The notes under the pieces: generated by a model | What the model saw: only the letters and a program-made list of their open reading frames with translations | Told to the model about the DNA's origin: nothing | Databases searched by the model: none | DNA from: Candidatus Latescibacterota bacterium | GTDB lineage: Bacteria; Latescibacterota; UBA2968 | Direction: 5' to 3' | Length of the DNA: 64,000 nucleotides | Assembly: GCA_965205975.1 (NCBI GenBank) | Contig: OZ242195.1 | Span: forward strand, 1,152,001 to 1,216,000 | Part shown: one piece after another, positions 9,912 to 22,087 of the stretch | Numbering within the stretch: position 1 is the stretch's first letter | Layout of the letters: each line of letters opens with the position of its first letter | Position numbers and translations under genes: made by a program

Positions 9912-11866
9912 TCGTCCAGGTCCCAGTAGTCGGGCACGCTCAGGCCGCTGAAAATGCGGCAGATCGCATCGGCGACTTTGGCAGGGTCGTGGCTGATAAA
10001 ATCACCCGCGCCGCGCTCTATGGTATCGGGATGAAATTCTTCTAAAAAGTCTGCACGGGTCCAGGGACCGAGTGCATCGAGCGTTTCTGAATCGCATTCA
10101 ACGAGAACTTTGCCATCTTTTTTGTACTTCTTGAGCAATGGGTGCCAGTCCTGACCTTTAGATGTTTGAAATATACGAGGGTTCTGCACCAGCGTGTGAT
10201 CGACGACGCCATCGCGCTGATTCTTGGGAAGGTGATTGAGGATGGTTTTGAGATGGTCAGAAGCCCTAAAATCATCGGTCTGCCCGGGTTGTGTGACGAT
10301 GTTGCAAACATAGATGGTTTTGCCCTGAGTGCGTTTGACCAGTGCTTTTTGAATGTCGGGCACGAGGAGGTTGGTGATGACGCTTGTGTACAGGCTGCCC
10401 GGTCCAATGACGACGACATCTGCATCGGCAATGGCTTGCAGAGCACCGCGCGGCGCTTTGATCTGATTTTGTTCCAGGCTCACTTTGCGCCCCTGGCGCA
10501 CGCGGATCTCAACTTGTCCGGTTTCGGAGTCTATGACGTGCTCGAGCGCGCTGTTTTTGCGATTGAGTTCGCGCAATAGTGCGTCGTTGGTGATGAGATA
10601 CGCCCGCTCGATCGGTGGTTTGTCGGGTTTCCTGACCATCCATTCGGTATATTGATGTTCGCCGTTTGTCAGTTTGGCGCAAATATCGACATTGTCGGTG
10701 CTGGCAGGGAAAACTGTGCCCTGTACGTGCAGCATGGCGCTGGCTGTTTTTATTGCCGCATTAAAATCGCCGAGTTGCTGAGTGAGTGCTGCCACGAGAA
10801 AGTTGCCAATATGGTCGTTCTTAAAAATACCGGATTCTTGTTCGCTGTTGGGAAAACGATGTTGGAAGACGTTGAATAGCCCCTGAGATATCTGTTCGGG
10901 GTCGGCGAGCGCTGTGAGGGCGTTGCGTATGTCACCGGGGGGCTGTACTCCCAAATTCCAGCGGATACGTCCCGAGGAAGCTCCGGTATCGGTCACGGCA
11001 ACGACGGCTGTGGGATGATGGGTATAGGGGCGCAGTCCGCGCAAAACAGTGGGCAGGCCGGTGCCACCGCCGATAACGGCGATTTTGAACCGGTCGGGGG
11101 TTTTGCCGATCCGCGAGAGGTGCAACAATGTGGATATTTGGGCGAGGTACTTGATTTCGTAGTTGGGGCGGTCGCCTATCGCGGGTGTTTCTCGGGAGAA
11201 TCTTCCGCGCCGCAACCAGATTGTGGTGAGGCCCTGGCGATTGCCTGCACGAATTTCATCGTGGGTGCGGTCGCCAACGACGATGAGTTGGTCGGGAGAG
11301 AGCTTGTGGCTTTCCAAGAGTTCTGAAAACCAGTAAGCATGTGCAGGGGGACCTTCGTTGATGATGCGATCAAAATAAGAGGCAATGCCCAGGCGTTCAA
11401 TTTTGTTGCGCTGACGGCGCACCCTGCCCAGCGTGATCAGAAATAGTTTATAGCCCGCCTGGCGCAATTCCCGGAGGGTATGTAAGGCGTCGGGATAGGG
11501 GCGAATGTCTTCTACATCTTCGGCATTGTAAACGCGCTCCATTTCAGCCACAAGGGCTTCGACTGGCTCGGCTTCCGGGTCGGTTTTTTGTTTGTCAAGA
11601 AAACGGCGTACCTGATCGGGTTTGTCTTTGAAGACAGCTTTGGCGATATCAAAAAAAGCGAAATAATAGGGCGAGGATGAATAATAAGGACCGTGTTTGC
11701 GTTCGAGCGTATTGATGCGTTGGAGTGCATAGGCGCGGGTGGCAAAAAAACCGTTTGAAAACAGAAAGGCAGCAACGCGCTGACGCGCGGCATGTACGAC
11801 GGGCGTCAGGTCAAATAGGGTTCCGTCGAGGTCGAATACGATTGCGCGGGCATTTTCCAGGGACAC
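9908..11866 (-). CDS. HAD hydrolase fused to YvcK/GlmR (CofD-like) domain
   Basis: FDLDGTL and VGDRTHDEI in N-terminal ~250 aa; then IGGGTGL, DTGASSG, PPGDIRN, GPGSLYTS. Confidence 0.88.
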   Translation of the reverse strand: MSLENARAIVFDLDGTLFDLTPVVHAARQRVAAFLFSNGFFATRAYALQRINTLERKHGPYYSSSPYYFAFFDIAKAVFKDKPDQVRRFLDKQKTDPEAEPVEALVAEMERVYNAEDVEDIRPYPDALHTLRELRQAGYKLFLITLGRVRRQRNKIERLGIASYFDRIINEGPPAHAYWFSELLESHKLSPDQLIVVGDRTHDEIRAGNRQGLTTIWLRRGRFSRETPAIGDRPNYEIKYLAQISTLLHLSRIGKTPDRFKIAVIGGGTGLPTVLRGLRPYTHHPTAVVAVTDTGASSGRIRWNLGVQPPGDIRNALTALADPEQISQGLFNVFQHRFPNSEQESGIFKNDHIGNFLVAALTQQLGDFNAAIKTASAMLHVQGTVFPASTDNVDICAKLTNGEHQYTEWMVRKPDKPPIERAYLITNDALLRELNRKNSALEHVIDSETGQVEIRVRQGRKVSLEQNQIKAPRGALQAIADADVVVIGPGSLYTSVITNLLVPDIQKALVKRTQGKTIYVCNIVTQPGQTDDFRASDHLKTILNHLPKNQRDGVVDHTLVQNPRIFQTSKGQDWHPLLKKYKKDGKVLVECDSETLDALGPWTRADFLEEFHPDTIERGAGDFISHDPAKVADAICRIFSGLSVPDYWDLDE

Positions 11867-11958
11867 GGCACATCTCCGCGGTTGAGTTGTGGGAACAACG
11901 GGGAAGATAAGACTTTTTAGATTAAGAAAAAAAATAAAAGTGGGGAAGAAGAAAGATT

Positions 11959-12666
11959 GTGCAGATAATGTGTAAAATTTGGAAGGCGGCGCTCAATTTT
12001 GTTTATCCGTCGTCTTGTATGCTTTGCCAGGCATCACTGCCGGATTCGCCAGGGCTGTGTGATTCGTGTTGGGATGATATCGATATTTGGGATTCGGGAT
12101 TACACGAGGTGGGTTTTGAACACGAATTTGATCAGATAGTTATTTTGTATCAATTTAATGATTGTATTCGATCTTTAATTCACGCGCTCAAATACCGGGG
12201 AAAAACACTTCCTGGACAGATATTTGGGAAGGCTTTGGGGCAGCGCATTGGGGGCCTCTTCGATCCCGATACGGTGATCGTCCCGGTACCACTTCACTCT
12301 GCAAAAAAAAGAGCACGCGGATACAATCAAAGTGAGATTATTGCACGGGCTACAGGACGAGTGTCGGGTTTGCAAGTGCTGGCAAACGCGCTGAAAAGAG
12401 TGCGGCTAACTCCTACACAGACACAACTGGGCGTTTTGGAACGCCAACACAATGTGCAGGGAGCATTTCACGTGCGTCTTCCCGCGTCTATTGAGGGGCG
12501 AAAGATATTTCTGATTGACGATGTCATCACAACGGGCGCGACGCTAAATGCATGTGTTCTGGCGCTTAGATCTGCAGGGGCGCAATGCGTGTCTATTGGT
12601 GCTGTTGCCAGTCCCCTATTGGGAGAAGATGATCTGTCTCAAGACGTAGAAAAATCAGGGTCTTGA
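11959..12666 (+). CDS. comF: ComF-family phosphoribosyltransferase
   Basis: CMLC..CDSC zinc motif, RGYNQS, LIDDVITTGAT. Confidence 0.88.
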   Translation: MQIMCKIWKAALNFVYPSSCMLCQASLPDSPGLCDSCWDDIDIWDSGLHEVGFEHEFDQIVILYQFNDCIRSLIHALKYRGKTLPGQIFGKALGQRIGGLFDPDTVIVPVPLHSAKKRARGYNQSEIIARATGRVSGLQVLANALKRVRLTPTQTQLGVLERQHNVQGAFHVRLPASIEGRKIFLIDDVITTGATLNACVLALRSAGAQCVSIGAVASPLLGEDDLSQDVEKSGS

Positions 12667-12714
12667 CACTGGTTTCATATTTTAGTGAGCGTGCCTGTAA
12701 AAAATACAACGGGC

Positions 12715-12743
12715 TTGACAGGTATGTTGCAATACCTTAAACT
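12715..12743 (+). promoter_or_regulatory. Sigma70-like promoter of the glycolysis operon with a palindrome in the spacer
   Basis: TTGACA-17 nt-TAAACT; AGGTAT-N6-ATACCT inverted repeat at 12720-12737. Confidence 0.65.
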
Positions 12744-12814
12744 TCAAGTCTTTGAAAATCTCGCAGGACTCTGGCGATTATGCTCGTGATAGTGATTTTG
12801 CAAGAGGAGATATT

Positions 12815-14904
<2,090 letters not shown>

Positions 14905-14941
14905 AAATAGTCGCTGATTCTGACTTTTGAGAGGCGATAAC

Positions 14942-16150
14942 GTGGCGAAGTTGTCGATTACAGACCTGGATATGAGGGATAAGCGCGTTCTGGTGCGCGT
15001 TGATTTTAATGTGCCCATTGAAGATAGGCAGGTCGCGGATGACACGCGCTTGCGGGCTTCTTTGCCTACGATCCAATACATTTTGGATGCAGGTGGGCAG
15101 CCCGTGTTAATGTCACATTTGGGGCGTCCAGAGGGTGAGGTAGTGCCCGAGCTATCGCTTAAACCCGTGGCCGAAGCCCTTCAAATACTGCTGGGACGCG
15201 AAGTGCTTTTGTCGCCAGACTGTGTGGGTGAGGCAACAACCTCATTGGTGAAACGCGCGCCCGATGGTTCAGTTGTACTGCTCGAAAATTTGCGATTTCA
15301 CGCTGACGAAGAAGCCAATGCGCCGGGTTTTGCCACACAACTATCGGAATTGGGCGATGTGTATGTCAATGACGCCTTTGGCAGTGCCCATCGCGCGCAT
15401 GCCTCTACTGAGGGGATTACCCATTATTTTGTTGACTGTGCTGCGGGTTTGTTGATGCAGAAAGAGTTGGAGTATCTGGGCACGGCATTGGCCGATCCAG
15501 CGCGTCCTTATGTCGCGATTATGGGCGGGGCAAAAATTTCCGGTAAAATTGATGTGATTGAAAATTTGTTTTCAAAAGTGGATACCCTGCTCATTGGCGG
15601 TGGTATGGCGTTTACGTTTTTTAAGGCGATGGGCCTGGAAATTGGGAAGTCGTTGTTGGAAGAAGATCGCGTTGGGGTCGCTGCCCATTTGCTCAAGCGC
15701 GCAGAGGCTGAAGGTGTAGATCTGGTATTGCCAACCGATACGGTTGTGGCGGCAGAGATGACGGAGGGGATACCCGCTCAGATTGTGCCGCGAGATCAAA
15801 TTCCAGCGGATTTGGAGGGATTTGATATCGGAATCGAGACGCGAAAGCGATTTTCCGGTGTGGTTTTAAGTGCTAAAACCGTGGTGTGGAATGGTCCTCT
15901 GGGTGTGTGTGAGATTTTCTCTTTTTCAAAGGGGTCGCGTGCGGTTGCCAAAGCACTGGTTACGGCGACTGAGCGCGGTGCAACGACGATTGTTGGTGGG
16001 GGGGAAACTGCTGCTGCGATGGCAGATTTTGGCGTGGCGGAAAAATTGAGTCATGTCTCGACCGGAGGCGGGGCTTCTCTGGAGTTTTTAGAAGGCCAAA
16101 CACTGCCTGGTGTGGCGGCACTTTCGGATAGGGAAGAGGAAGAAGGATAG
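14942..16150 (+). CDS. pgk: Phosphoglycerate kinase
   Basis: RVDFNVP, LENLRF, HRAHAS, STGGGASLE; GTG start. Confidence 0.97.
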   Translation: MAKLSITDLDMRDKRVLVRVDFNVPIEDRQVADDTRLRASLPTIQYILDAGGQPVLMSHLGRPEGEVVPELSLKPVAEALQILLGREVLLSPDCVGEATTSLVKRAPDGSVVLLENLRFHADEEANAPGFATQLSELGDVYVNDAFGSAHRAHASTEGITHYFVDCAAGLLMQKELEYLGTALADPARPYVAIMGGAKISGKIDVIENLFSKVDTLLIGGGMAFTFFKAMGLEIGKSLLEEDRVGVAAHLLKRAEAEGVDLVLPTDTVVAAEMTEGIPAQIVPRDQIPADLEGFDIGIETRKRFSGVVLSAKTVVWNGPLGVCEIFSFSKGSRAVAKALVTATERGATTIVGGGETAAAMADFGVAEKLSHVSTGGGASLEFLEGQTLPGVAALSDREEEEG

Positions 16151-16181
16151 GTGCGTATTCAAATTGTGAAAGGGCGTAGCG

Positions 16182-16937
16182 ATGCGAACGCCATTTGTGG
16201 CGGGAAATTGGAAGCTCAATAAAACACCTGATGAGGCAGAAATACTTGCGCGATGCGTGGTGGATGCGGTATCGGGCGTGACGGATGTGGATGTGGCGAT
16301 ATGTCCACCTTTTACGGCGCTGGAACGGGTTTCAAGTGTGGTGTGCTGTACTGGTGTAGGGCTGGGTGCTCAGAATATGTACTGGGAGGCCGAGGGTGCT
16401 TTTACAGGTGAGGTTTCGGCTCCCATGCTGTTGACTTGCGGTTGTGAATACGTTATATTAGGTCACTCTGAACGGCGGCAGTTTTTTGGCGAAACAGACG
16501 ATACTGTCAACCGCCGTTTAAAGGCCGCCCTGAGTAATGAATTGAAGCCTATTGTGTGTATTGGCGAGTCTTTTGATGAGCGTCAGGCCGATGTGACTGA
16601 GCAGGTGGTTGAGACGCAAACGCGGGGTGCTCTCAACGGCATTTCCGCTGACGATATGCGAGGGATTACTCTGGCTTATGAGCCTGTTTGGGCCATTGGC
16701 ACAGGGCTGACGGCGACGCCGGAACAGGCAGAGGCTGTCCATGCGTTTCTCCGGCAGGTGTTGGCGCAAATTTATGACAACGATGTCGCACAGGGGATTC
16801 GCATTCAATATGGCGGGTCTGTGAAGCCCGATAATGCGGCGGAGTTGTTTCAGCAGGACAATATTGACGGAGGATTGATCGGCGGGGCTTCGCTGGAAGC
16901 CGATGATTTTGCCGCTATTGTGAAAGCGGCTATATAG
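16182..16937 (+). CDS. tpiA: Triosephosphate isomerase
   Basis: AGNWK, GHSERR, AYEPVWAIGTG, YGGSV. Confidence 0.97.
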   Translation: MRTPFVAGNWKLNKTPDEAEILARCVVDAVSGVTDVDVAICPPFTALERVSSVVCCTGVGLGAQNMYWEAEGAFTGEVSAPMLLTCGCEYVILGHSERRQFFGETDDTVNRRLKAALSNELKPIVCIGESFDERQADVTEQVVETQTRGALNGISADDMRGITLAYEPVWAIGTGLTATPEQAEAVHAFLRQVLAQIYDNDVAQGIRIQYGGSVKPDNAAELFQQDNIDGGLIGGASLEADDFAAIVKAAI

Positions 16938-16945
16938 AGGGTGAT

Positions 16946-17338
16946 ATGGAAATATTTCTTTTGATTGTTCATGTGATCGTTTGTGCGGTACTCATTCTGG
17001 TTATCTTGATGCAGCCCGGCAGAAGTGGTGGGCTGTCCGGTGGTGCTTTTGGCGGTATGGGGGGTGGGGGCACATCGATGTTTGGCGGTGGTGGTGCCGT
17101 GCCTATGTTGGCAAAAGTGACGACGTATGTGGGGATTATTTTTGCGCTGACGTGCATCGGGCTTTGGTACGCGGGGCGTTCTCCTGATTCTGTGCCGTCA
17201 ACGGCTGCTGAGCGATTAATGGAAGAAGGGCAGATGCCCATGCAGCAAATTCCTCAACCTTTGACCTTTCCGGAAACCACACCCACCGAAGGAACAACCC
17301 AAACAGCACCGGCCGATACCGGCAGTACCACGCCGTAG
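16946..17338 (+). CDS. secG: Preprotein translocase subunit SecG
   Basis: Two TM helices with Gly-rich linker (LMQ..GGLSGGAFGG); tpiA-secG-tRNA-Leu synteny. Confidence 0.9.
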   Translation: MEIFLLIVHVIVCAVLILVILMQPGRSGGLSGGAFGGMGGGGTSMFGGGGAVPMLAKVTTYVGIIFALTCIGLWYAGRSPDSVPSTAAERLMEEGQMPMQQIPQPLTFPETTPTEGTTQTAPADTGSTTP

Positions 17339-17345
17339 ATTTTGT

Positions 17346-17432
17346 GCCGAAGTGGTGGAATTGGTAGACACGCTGTCTTGAGGGGGCAGTACTCGAAAGG
17401 GTGTAGGGGTTCGAATCCCCTCTTCGGCACCA
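17346..17432 (+). tRNA. tRNA-Leu(GAG)
   Basis: GCCGAAG/CTTCGGC acceptor stem, CTGTC-TTGAGGG-GGCAG anticodon arm, long variable arm, GTTCGAATC T loop, encoded CCA. Confidence 0.96.
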
Positions 17433-17442
17433 CAATAAAAGC

Positions 17443-17475
17443 AAGGGCTTGTGATATGGATCGCAAGCCCTTTTT
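17443..17475 (+). terminator. Rho-independent terminator after tRNA-Leu
   Basis: AAGGGCTTGTGAT/ATCGCAAGCCCTT stem then T run. Confidence 0.8.
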
Positions 17476-17497
17476 CTGTCGATAGGAGTAAGATGCC

Positions 17498-19078
17498 ATG
17501 CGTTGGCATATCCTCGCCTTGCTATCCATTGTGCTTCTGATTCAACCTCTTCGGGCTAATGTCGTGTTAGAACAAGCCCCCAGGCCGGATTTTGATAATA
17601 GTGGTGTGGTTGATTTTCCCGACTTTTTGCTTTTTATCGCCAGGTTTGGGGCGCGTCAGGGCGATGATAAGTATGAAGATCGTTTTGATCTGGATGGCGA
17701 TGGCGAGATCGGGTTCGGCGATTTTTTGCGTTTTGCCGCAAATTTTGGCAAAACAGTCGCGCCAAATGGAGGGACGACCCCTGATAGGAAAATTCTCGGC
17801 TCGTTATTTATCTCTAAAGTATGGGCTGGGCATCCCGTTAGTTTTGACCTGTTGACTTATGGCGATGTACAATTTGTCGCATTTTACGATGCCGACCGCA
17901 AAATGACGGTGGGGATGAGAAATTTAGATGCAGAGACGTGGATATTTACACAGCCCAGAGGTGTATGGTTGGAAAATCGAGGCCGACTGTCGTCGGAGAT
18001 CGGATGGGACACTCACAATTACCTGACGATGGCCATTGATACCGACGATCATATCCATCTGAGCGGCAATATGCACGTGGATCCGCTGATTTATTTTCGC
18101 ACAACGCGGTCACTCGATGTGACGAGTTTTGAGCGCATTGATTCTATGGTGGGAGAAAGTGAAGACCGCTGTACTTATCCCGTGTTTATGCGCGGTCCCA
18201 ATAATGAATTGATTTTTCGATATCGAGACGGCAGTAGTGGCAATGCGGTTGAATTTTACAATATCTATGATGTTGAGACCAGAACCTGGCGAAGGTTGCA
18301 CGATACGCCGTTATTGGATGGGTTAGGGCGCATGAATGCGTACGCACGCAGCCCCCAGAAAGGTCCCGATGGGATGTTCCACATGATTTGGATGTGGCGC
18401 GATACGCCCGATGCTGCAACCAATCACGATATCTCTTATGCTCGCAGCCGAGACCTGGTCGCCTGGGAAACGGGTGGCGGCGATGCGCTGGAGTTACCGA
18501 TTACGATAGGAAGCGGTGCCATTGTCGATCCTGTGCCGCCGAGGGGTGGAATGATCAATATGACGCAGTCATTGGGTTTTGATCATCAGAAACGCCCGGT
18601 GATCAGTTATCACAAGCACGACGAAAATGGGTACACGCAAGCCTATTGTGCGCGATTGGAATACGGCGAATGGGTCGTGTACAAGGTGAGCGATTGGACC
18701 TATCGGTGGGAATTTGGAGGGGGCGGATCAATTGTCGCAGAGATTCGGTTGGGCAGCGTAAAGGTAGAATCCGATGGGGGCCTGAGTATGAGCTATATAC
18801 ATGTGAAAGAGGGACGGGGAATCTGGAAGTTGGATCCCCAAACCATGCAGGTGATCGGAACCTATCCGCCGCCGCCGAGTGCGATACCCGGGGAGTTGGC
18901 GCGAGTGACTTCTCAATATCCGGGCATGAGGATCAACACGCGCTGGGCGAGGGGAGCGGGCACAAGACCCGGCGAGCGATATCTCTTGCGCTGGGAAACG
19001 CTGGGGCGCAATCGGGACCTCCCACGAGAGGATATCCCACCACCGAGTGACTTGAGGCTTTATATTCTTCCGAAATGA
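17498..19078 (+). CDS. Secreted protein: dockerin-like double EF-hand plus BNR_4-type beta-propeller
   Basis: Signal peptide; DFDNSGVVDFPDF and DLDGDGEIGFGDF; HNYLTMAID..HLSGNMH, YRDGSSG, SYARSRDL. Confidence 0.75.
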   Translation: MRWHILALLSIVLLIQPLRANVVLEQAPRPDFDNSGVVDFPDFLLFIARFGARQGDDKYEDRFDLDGDGEIGFGDFLRFAANFGKTVAPNGGTTPDRKILGSLFISKVWAGHPVSFDLLTYGDVQFVAFYDADRKMTVGMRNLDAETWIFTQPRGVWLENRGRLSSEIGWDTHNYLTMAIDTDDHIHLSGNMHVDPLIYFRTTRSLDVTSFERIDSMVGESEDRCTYPVFMRGPNNELIFRYRDGSSGNAVEFYNIYDVETRTWRRLHDTPLLDGLGRMNAYARSPQKGPDGMFHMIWMWRDTPDAATNHDISYARSRDLVAWETGGGDALELPITIGSGAIVDPVPPRGGMINMTQSLGFDHQKRPVISYHKHDENGYTQAYCARLEYGEWVVYKVSDWTYRWEFGGGGSIVAEIRLGSVKVESDGGLSMSYIHVKEGRGIWKLDPQTMQVIGTYPPPPSAIPGELARVTSQYPGMRINTRWARGAGTRPGERYLLRWETLGRNRDLPREDIPPPSDLRLYILPK

Positions 19079-19158
19079 GATGCCTGTGATATTAAGTTGT
19101 AAAAGCCCATTGGTTGCTTATATTTCAGTGTGTGTACAACCTTAACGGAGAACGCCTT

Positions 19159-19647
19159 ATGAAACGGCTCTATCTCGTGCGACACGCCAAGTCGGATTGG
19201 AGCAATTTCGGGTTGGCTGATTTTGATCGGCCCCTGAACAAGCGCGGAAGAAGGGACGCAAAGCGCATGGGCAAATATCTGAAGCAGGTATGGAAGGTCG
19301 AACCAGATTATGTGTTGTGCAGCACGGCCAAGCGCGTGCGATCTACGGTCAAGCGGTTGCGCAAATCTCTCAATTTTTCCAAAAAGCGAATTGCATGGCA
19401 CGAGCGCATTTATTCGGGGCATAGTGGGGATGTGTTAGATTTGATTCGACAGGTCGATAAGCGATATCGGGAAGTTATGGTGATAGGCCACAACCCGGAT
19501 ATGACCGTATTGGTCAATGAACTAACGGGATCTGCTATTGCCAATGTGCCGACTTGTGGTATTGCGGGTATTGATCTGCCGATTGATAATTGGTCAGATG
19601 CGGTGTCGGGAGATTTGGTGTTTTTTGTGGTTCCAAAGTCGATTTGA
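19159..19647 (+). CDS. sixA: Histidine phosphatase, SixA-like
   Basis: LVRHAKS, DRPLNKRG, GHNP. Confidence 0.85.
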   Translation: MKRLYLVRHAKSDWSNFGLADFDRPLNKRGRRDAKRMGKYLKQVWKVEPDYVLCSTAKRVRSTVKRLRKSLNFSKKRIAWHERIYSGHSGDVLDLIRQVDKRYREVMVIGHNPDMTVLVNELTGSAIANVPTCGIAGIDLPIDNWSDAVSGDLVFFVVPKSI

Positions 19648-19683
19648 CGTGGCTGTAACTTATTCATCAGTCAGCTTCCGCGT

Positions 19684-19724
19684 GGGGGTCGGTTCTTTAC
19701 TTGAGAATCGGCCCCCGTTTTTTT
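19684..19724 (+). terminator. Rho-independent terminator between convergent genes
   Basis: GGGGGTCGGTTCT/AGAATCGGCCCCC stem followed by T7. Confidence 0.8.
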
Positions 19725-19735
19725 GGGTTAGCCCC

Positions 19736-20896
19736 TCAATACGTTTCGGATACGTCGAGCACGGTACTGTTTTCCGCGCTTTTCGTTGTATTGGAATTTT
19801 TGATCTTTTCCCGGAGTTTTTCATAGAAAAGGTCGCTATCAACCGGGATATCTACCCAGTTTTCTGTCCAGGCAGATAAGAGCATGGCATTGGCGAGTTC
19901 GACGCCTTTGACGCCCTCAACACCAGGCGCGAGGAGTGGACTGCCCGTGCGTATGGCGTCAACCCAGTTTTGCGTAATGCCGCGATGGGCTTCGCCGCTG
20001 CCGCCCGTGGGGATGTCGCATTTCCAGGATTCGGGGCTGCCGAAGCCGCCTTTGTATTCTTTGCAGAATTTGCTGACGGATTCGCGGGTGCGCCAGAAGG
20101 TGATGTTTCCACCTTCCATGACGACTTTGCCGCGATCGCCAGTGATTTCGAGACGGTTGGTGCCGGGGGCTTCGCCTGTTGTGGTGATGAATACACCCGT
20201 CGCGCCATTTTCATATTCCACATAAGCGGTGACTTCGTCATCGACTTCGATATCGTGGTATTTGCCAAATCCGACAAATGCCCTGCATCGGATGGGCATA
20301 CCGCAAATCCATTGCCAGAGGTCGAGGTTGTGCGGACACTGGTTCATTAAGACGCCGCCGCCTTCGCCTTCCCATGTCGCGCGCCAACCGCCTGAATCGT
20401 AATAACTTTGCGAGCGGAACCAGGTGGTGATTATGTAGTTCGTGCGCTGAATTTCTCCCAGATCCCCCGATGTGACCAGATCTTTGAGTTTTTGGTGCGC
20501 CCCAATGGTGCGCTGGTTGAACATGAGGCCGAAGACGCGGTCGCTTTTTTCGGCCACGGCGTTCATTTCTTTGACCTGTTTGGTATAAACGCCTGCGGGC
20601 TTTTCTATAAGCACATGCAACCCGCTGTTCATAGCTTGAATTGCCAGTGGCGGATGGAGATAATGCGGTGTGGCGACGATGACGGCATCGACGGTTCCAG
20701 AAGCCATCATATCATCGGCACTGTCGAATGTGCGAATATTCTCGCCCAGATTTTCGCGCGCCCACTTGATGCGGTCGGGATCTATGTCGCAGATGGCGGT
20801 TAGTTCGGCATTGGATACCTCGCCCGGGAGCAAATAAAGACTATGTCCACTGCCCATGTTGCCGATGCCGATAATGCCGATGCGTACCTTATCCAT
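19736..20896 (-). CDS. Gfo/Idh/MocA oxidoreductase
   Basis: GIIGIGNMG, EKP, GGGVLMNQCPHNLD. Confidence 0.92.
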   Translation of the reverse strand: MDKVRIGIIGIGNMGSGHSLYLLPGEVSNAELTAICDIDPDRIKWARENLGENIRTFDSADDMMASGTVDAVIVATPHYLHPPLAIQAMNSGLHVLIEKPAGVYTKQVKEMNAVAEKSDRVFGLMFNQRTIGAHQKLKDLVTSGDLGEIQRTNYIITTWFRSQSYYDSGGWRATWEGEGGGVLMNQCPHNLDLWQWICGMPIRCRAFVGFGKYHDIEVDDEVTAYVEYENGATGVFITTTGEAPGTNRLEITGDRGKVVMEGGNITFWRTRESVSKFCKEYKGGFGSPESWKCDIPTGGSGEAHRGITQNWVDAIRTGSPLLAPGVEGVKGVELANAMLLSAWTENWVDIPVDSDLFYEKLREKIKNSNTTKSAENSTVLDVSETY

Positions 20897-20935
20897 AAAA
20901 TTCTCCTGTGTTTGTGTTGGGGGGTAGGAATATCC

Positions 20936-22075
20936 CTACATCCCGATCCTGTTTTTTTCGATATAATTCCAATTAATATTCATGCCCAATCCCGGACGCT
21001 GGGGAACGTGGACGAATCCCTGGTCATCCAGGGGTTCGCCGTGTTCGTGTAGCCAGGGCGCGTGTTCGTCGAAGTCGATGAAGGGGTGGAGGAGGCCGCG
21101 TTCGTAAAATTCGCCGTTGGTCATGGCGCACAGGGCGTGCAAATTGCCGGGACCGCCTCCGTGGATTTCGCAGCGCATGCCGAAGGATTCGCACAGGTGA
21201 ACGGTTTTCATAAGAGGGGTCAAACCGCCAACATCGCCGACGCCACAGCGAGAAATATCACAGGCACCGGCTTTGATCCATTCGGCGCGGACATACATTT
21301 TGCCTTCGCAAGTTTCGGGACCACATATTGGTAAGGACGTTTGTTCACAGAGCCAGACATAGGACGACATGCTGTGTTCATCCATGGGTTCTTCCATCCA
21401 GTAATAGTCGAGTTTTTCAAGTCCTTTTGCCAGGGCGAGCGAGGCTTCGCGGTCGTAATAGTGATAGGGGTCGAGCATGAGGGGCACATCGGGGCCGACG
21501 GCTTCGCGCACGGCAGCGCAGGCTTCGAGGTCTCGTTTGACACTGGGGGCACCCTCGTAAGGTGGTTGCCATGTGTGGAGTTTGAAGGCGGGGTACCCGC
21601 GTTTCATACACCATTCGGCAAAGCGGGCATAGTCTTCGGATGTGGCCAAACCGCCTTCGAGGTCGTCGCCGCACATGGTAGATGCATAGGCGGGGACTTT
21701 GTCGCGGTACCCGCCGAGCAATTTGTAAACGGGTTGGTTGAGGGCGCGCCCGGCCAGGTCCCAGAGGGCGAGGTCAACGGACATGATGACTCTATCGGTT
21801 ATCGTGTCTGAGTTGATGCGCTGGCGGTGGTTGAGGTCGTGCCAGATTTGTTCGCGCATAAAGGGGTCTTTGCCAATGAGTTCTGGCCTGATCATGCTGT
21901 TGATCACCTGTGCATTTGCACCAAACCAGTATCCGGAAATGTCTTCGTCGGTTGAAATTACGAGCAGGGTTTGAACGGCTTCGCGCTCGGGACCGGGATG
22001 CCCGTGTCCATCGCTGTCGCGTTCGGTGTTGGCGATGTATTTGAATTGAATGGTTTCGACATCGGTGATTTCCAA
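20936..22075 (-). CDS. Mandelate racemase/muconate lactonizing (enolase superfamily) enzyme
   Basis: DLALWDLAG, FKLH, MLDP, WMEEP, GPE, RPGLG; TTG start after AAAGGAG. Confidence 0.9.
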   Translation of the reverse strand: MEITDVETIQFKYIANTERDSDGHGHPGPEREAVQTLLVISTDEDISGYWFGANAQVINSMIRPELIGKDPFMREQIWHDLNHRQRINSDTITDRVIMSVDLALWDLAGRALNQPVYKLLGGYRDKVPAYASTMCGDDLEGGLATSEDYARFAEWCMKRGYPAFKLHTWQPPYEGAPSVKRDLEACAAVREAVGPDVPLMLDPYHYYDREASLALAKGLEKLDYYWMEEPMDEHSMSSYVWLCEQTSLPICGPETCEGKMYVRAEWIKAGACDISRCGVGDVGGLTPLMKTVHLCESFGMRCEIHGGGPGNLHALCAMTNGEFYERGLLHPFIDFDEHAPWLHEHGEPLDDQGFVHVPQRPGLGMNINWNYIEKNRIGM

Positions 22076-22087
22076 AGGGAACTCCTT

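Noticed and set aside
17346..17432. tRNA-Leu as integration site
   Set aside because: Followed directly by its terminator; no duplicated tRNA 3' end or integrase seen
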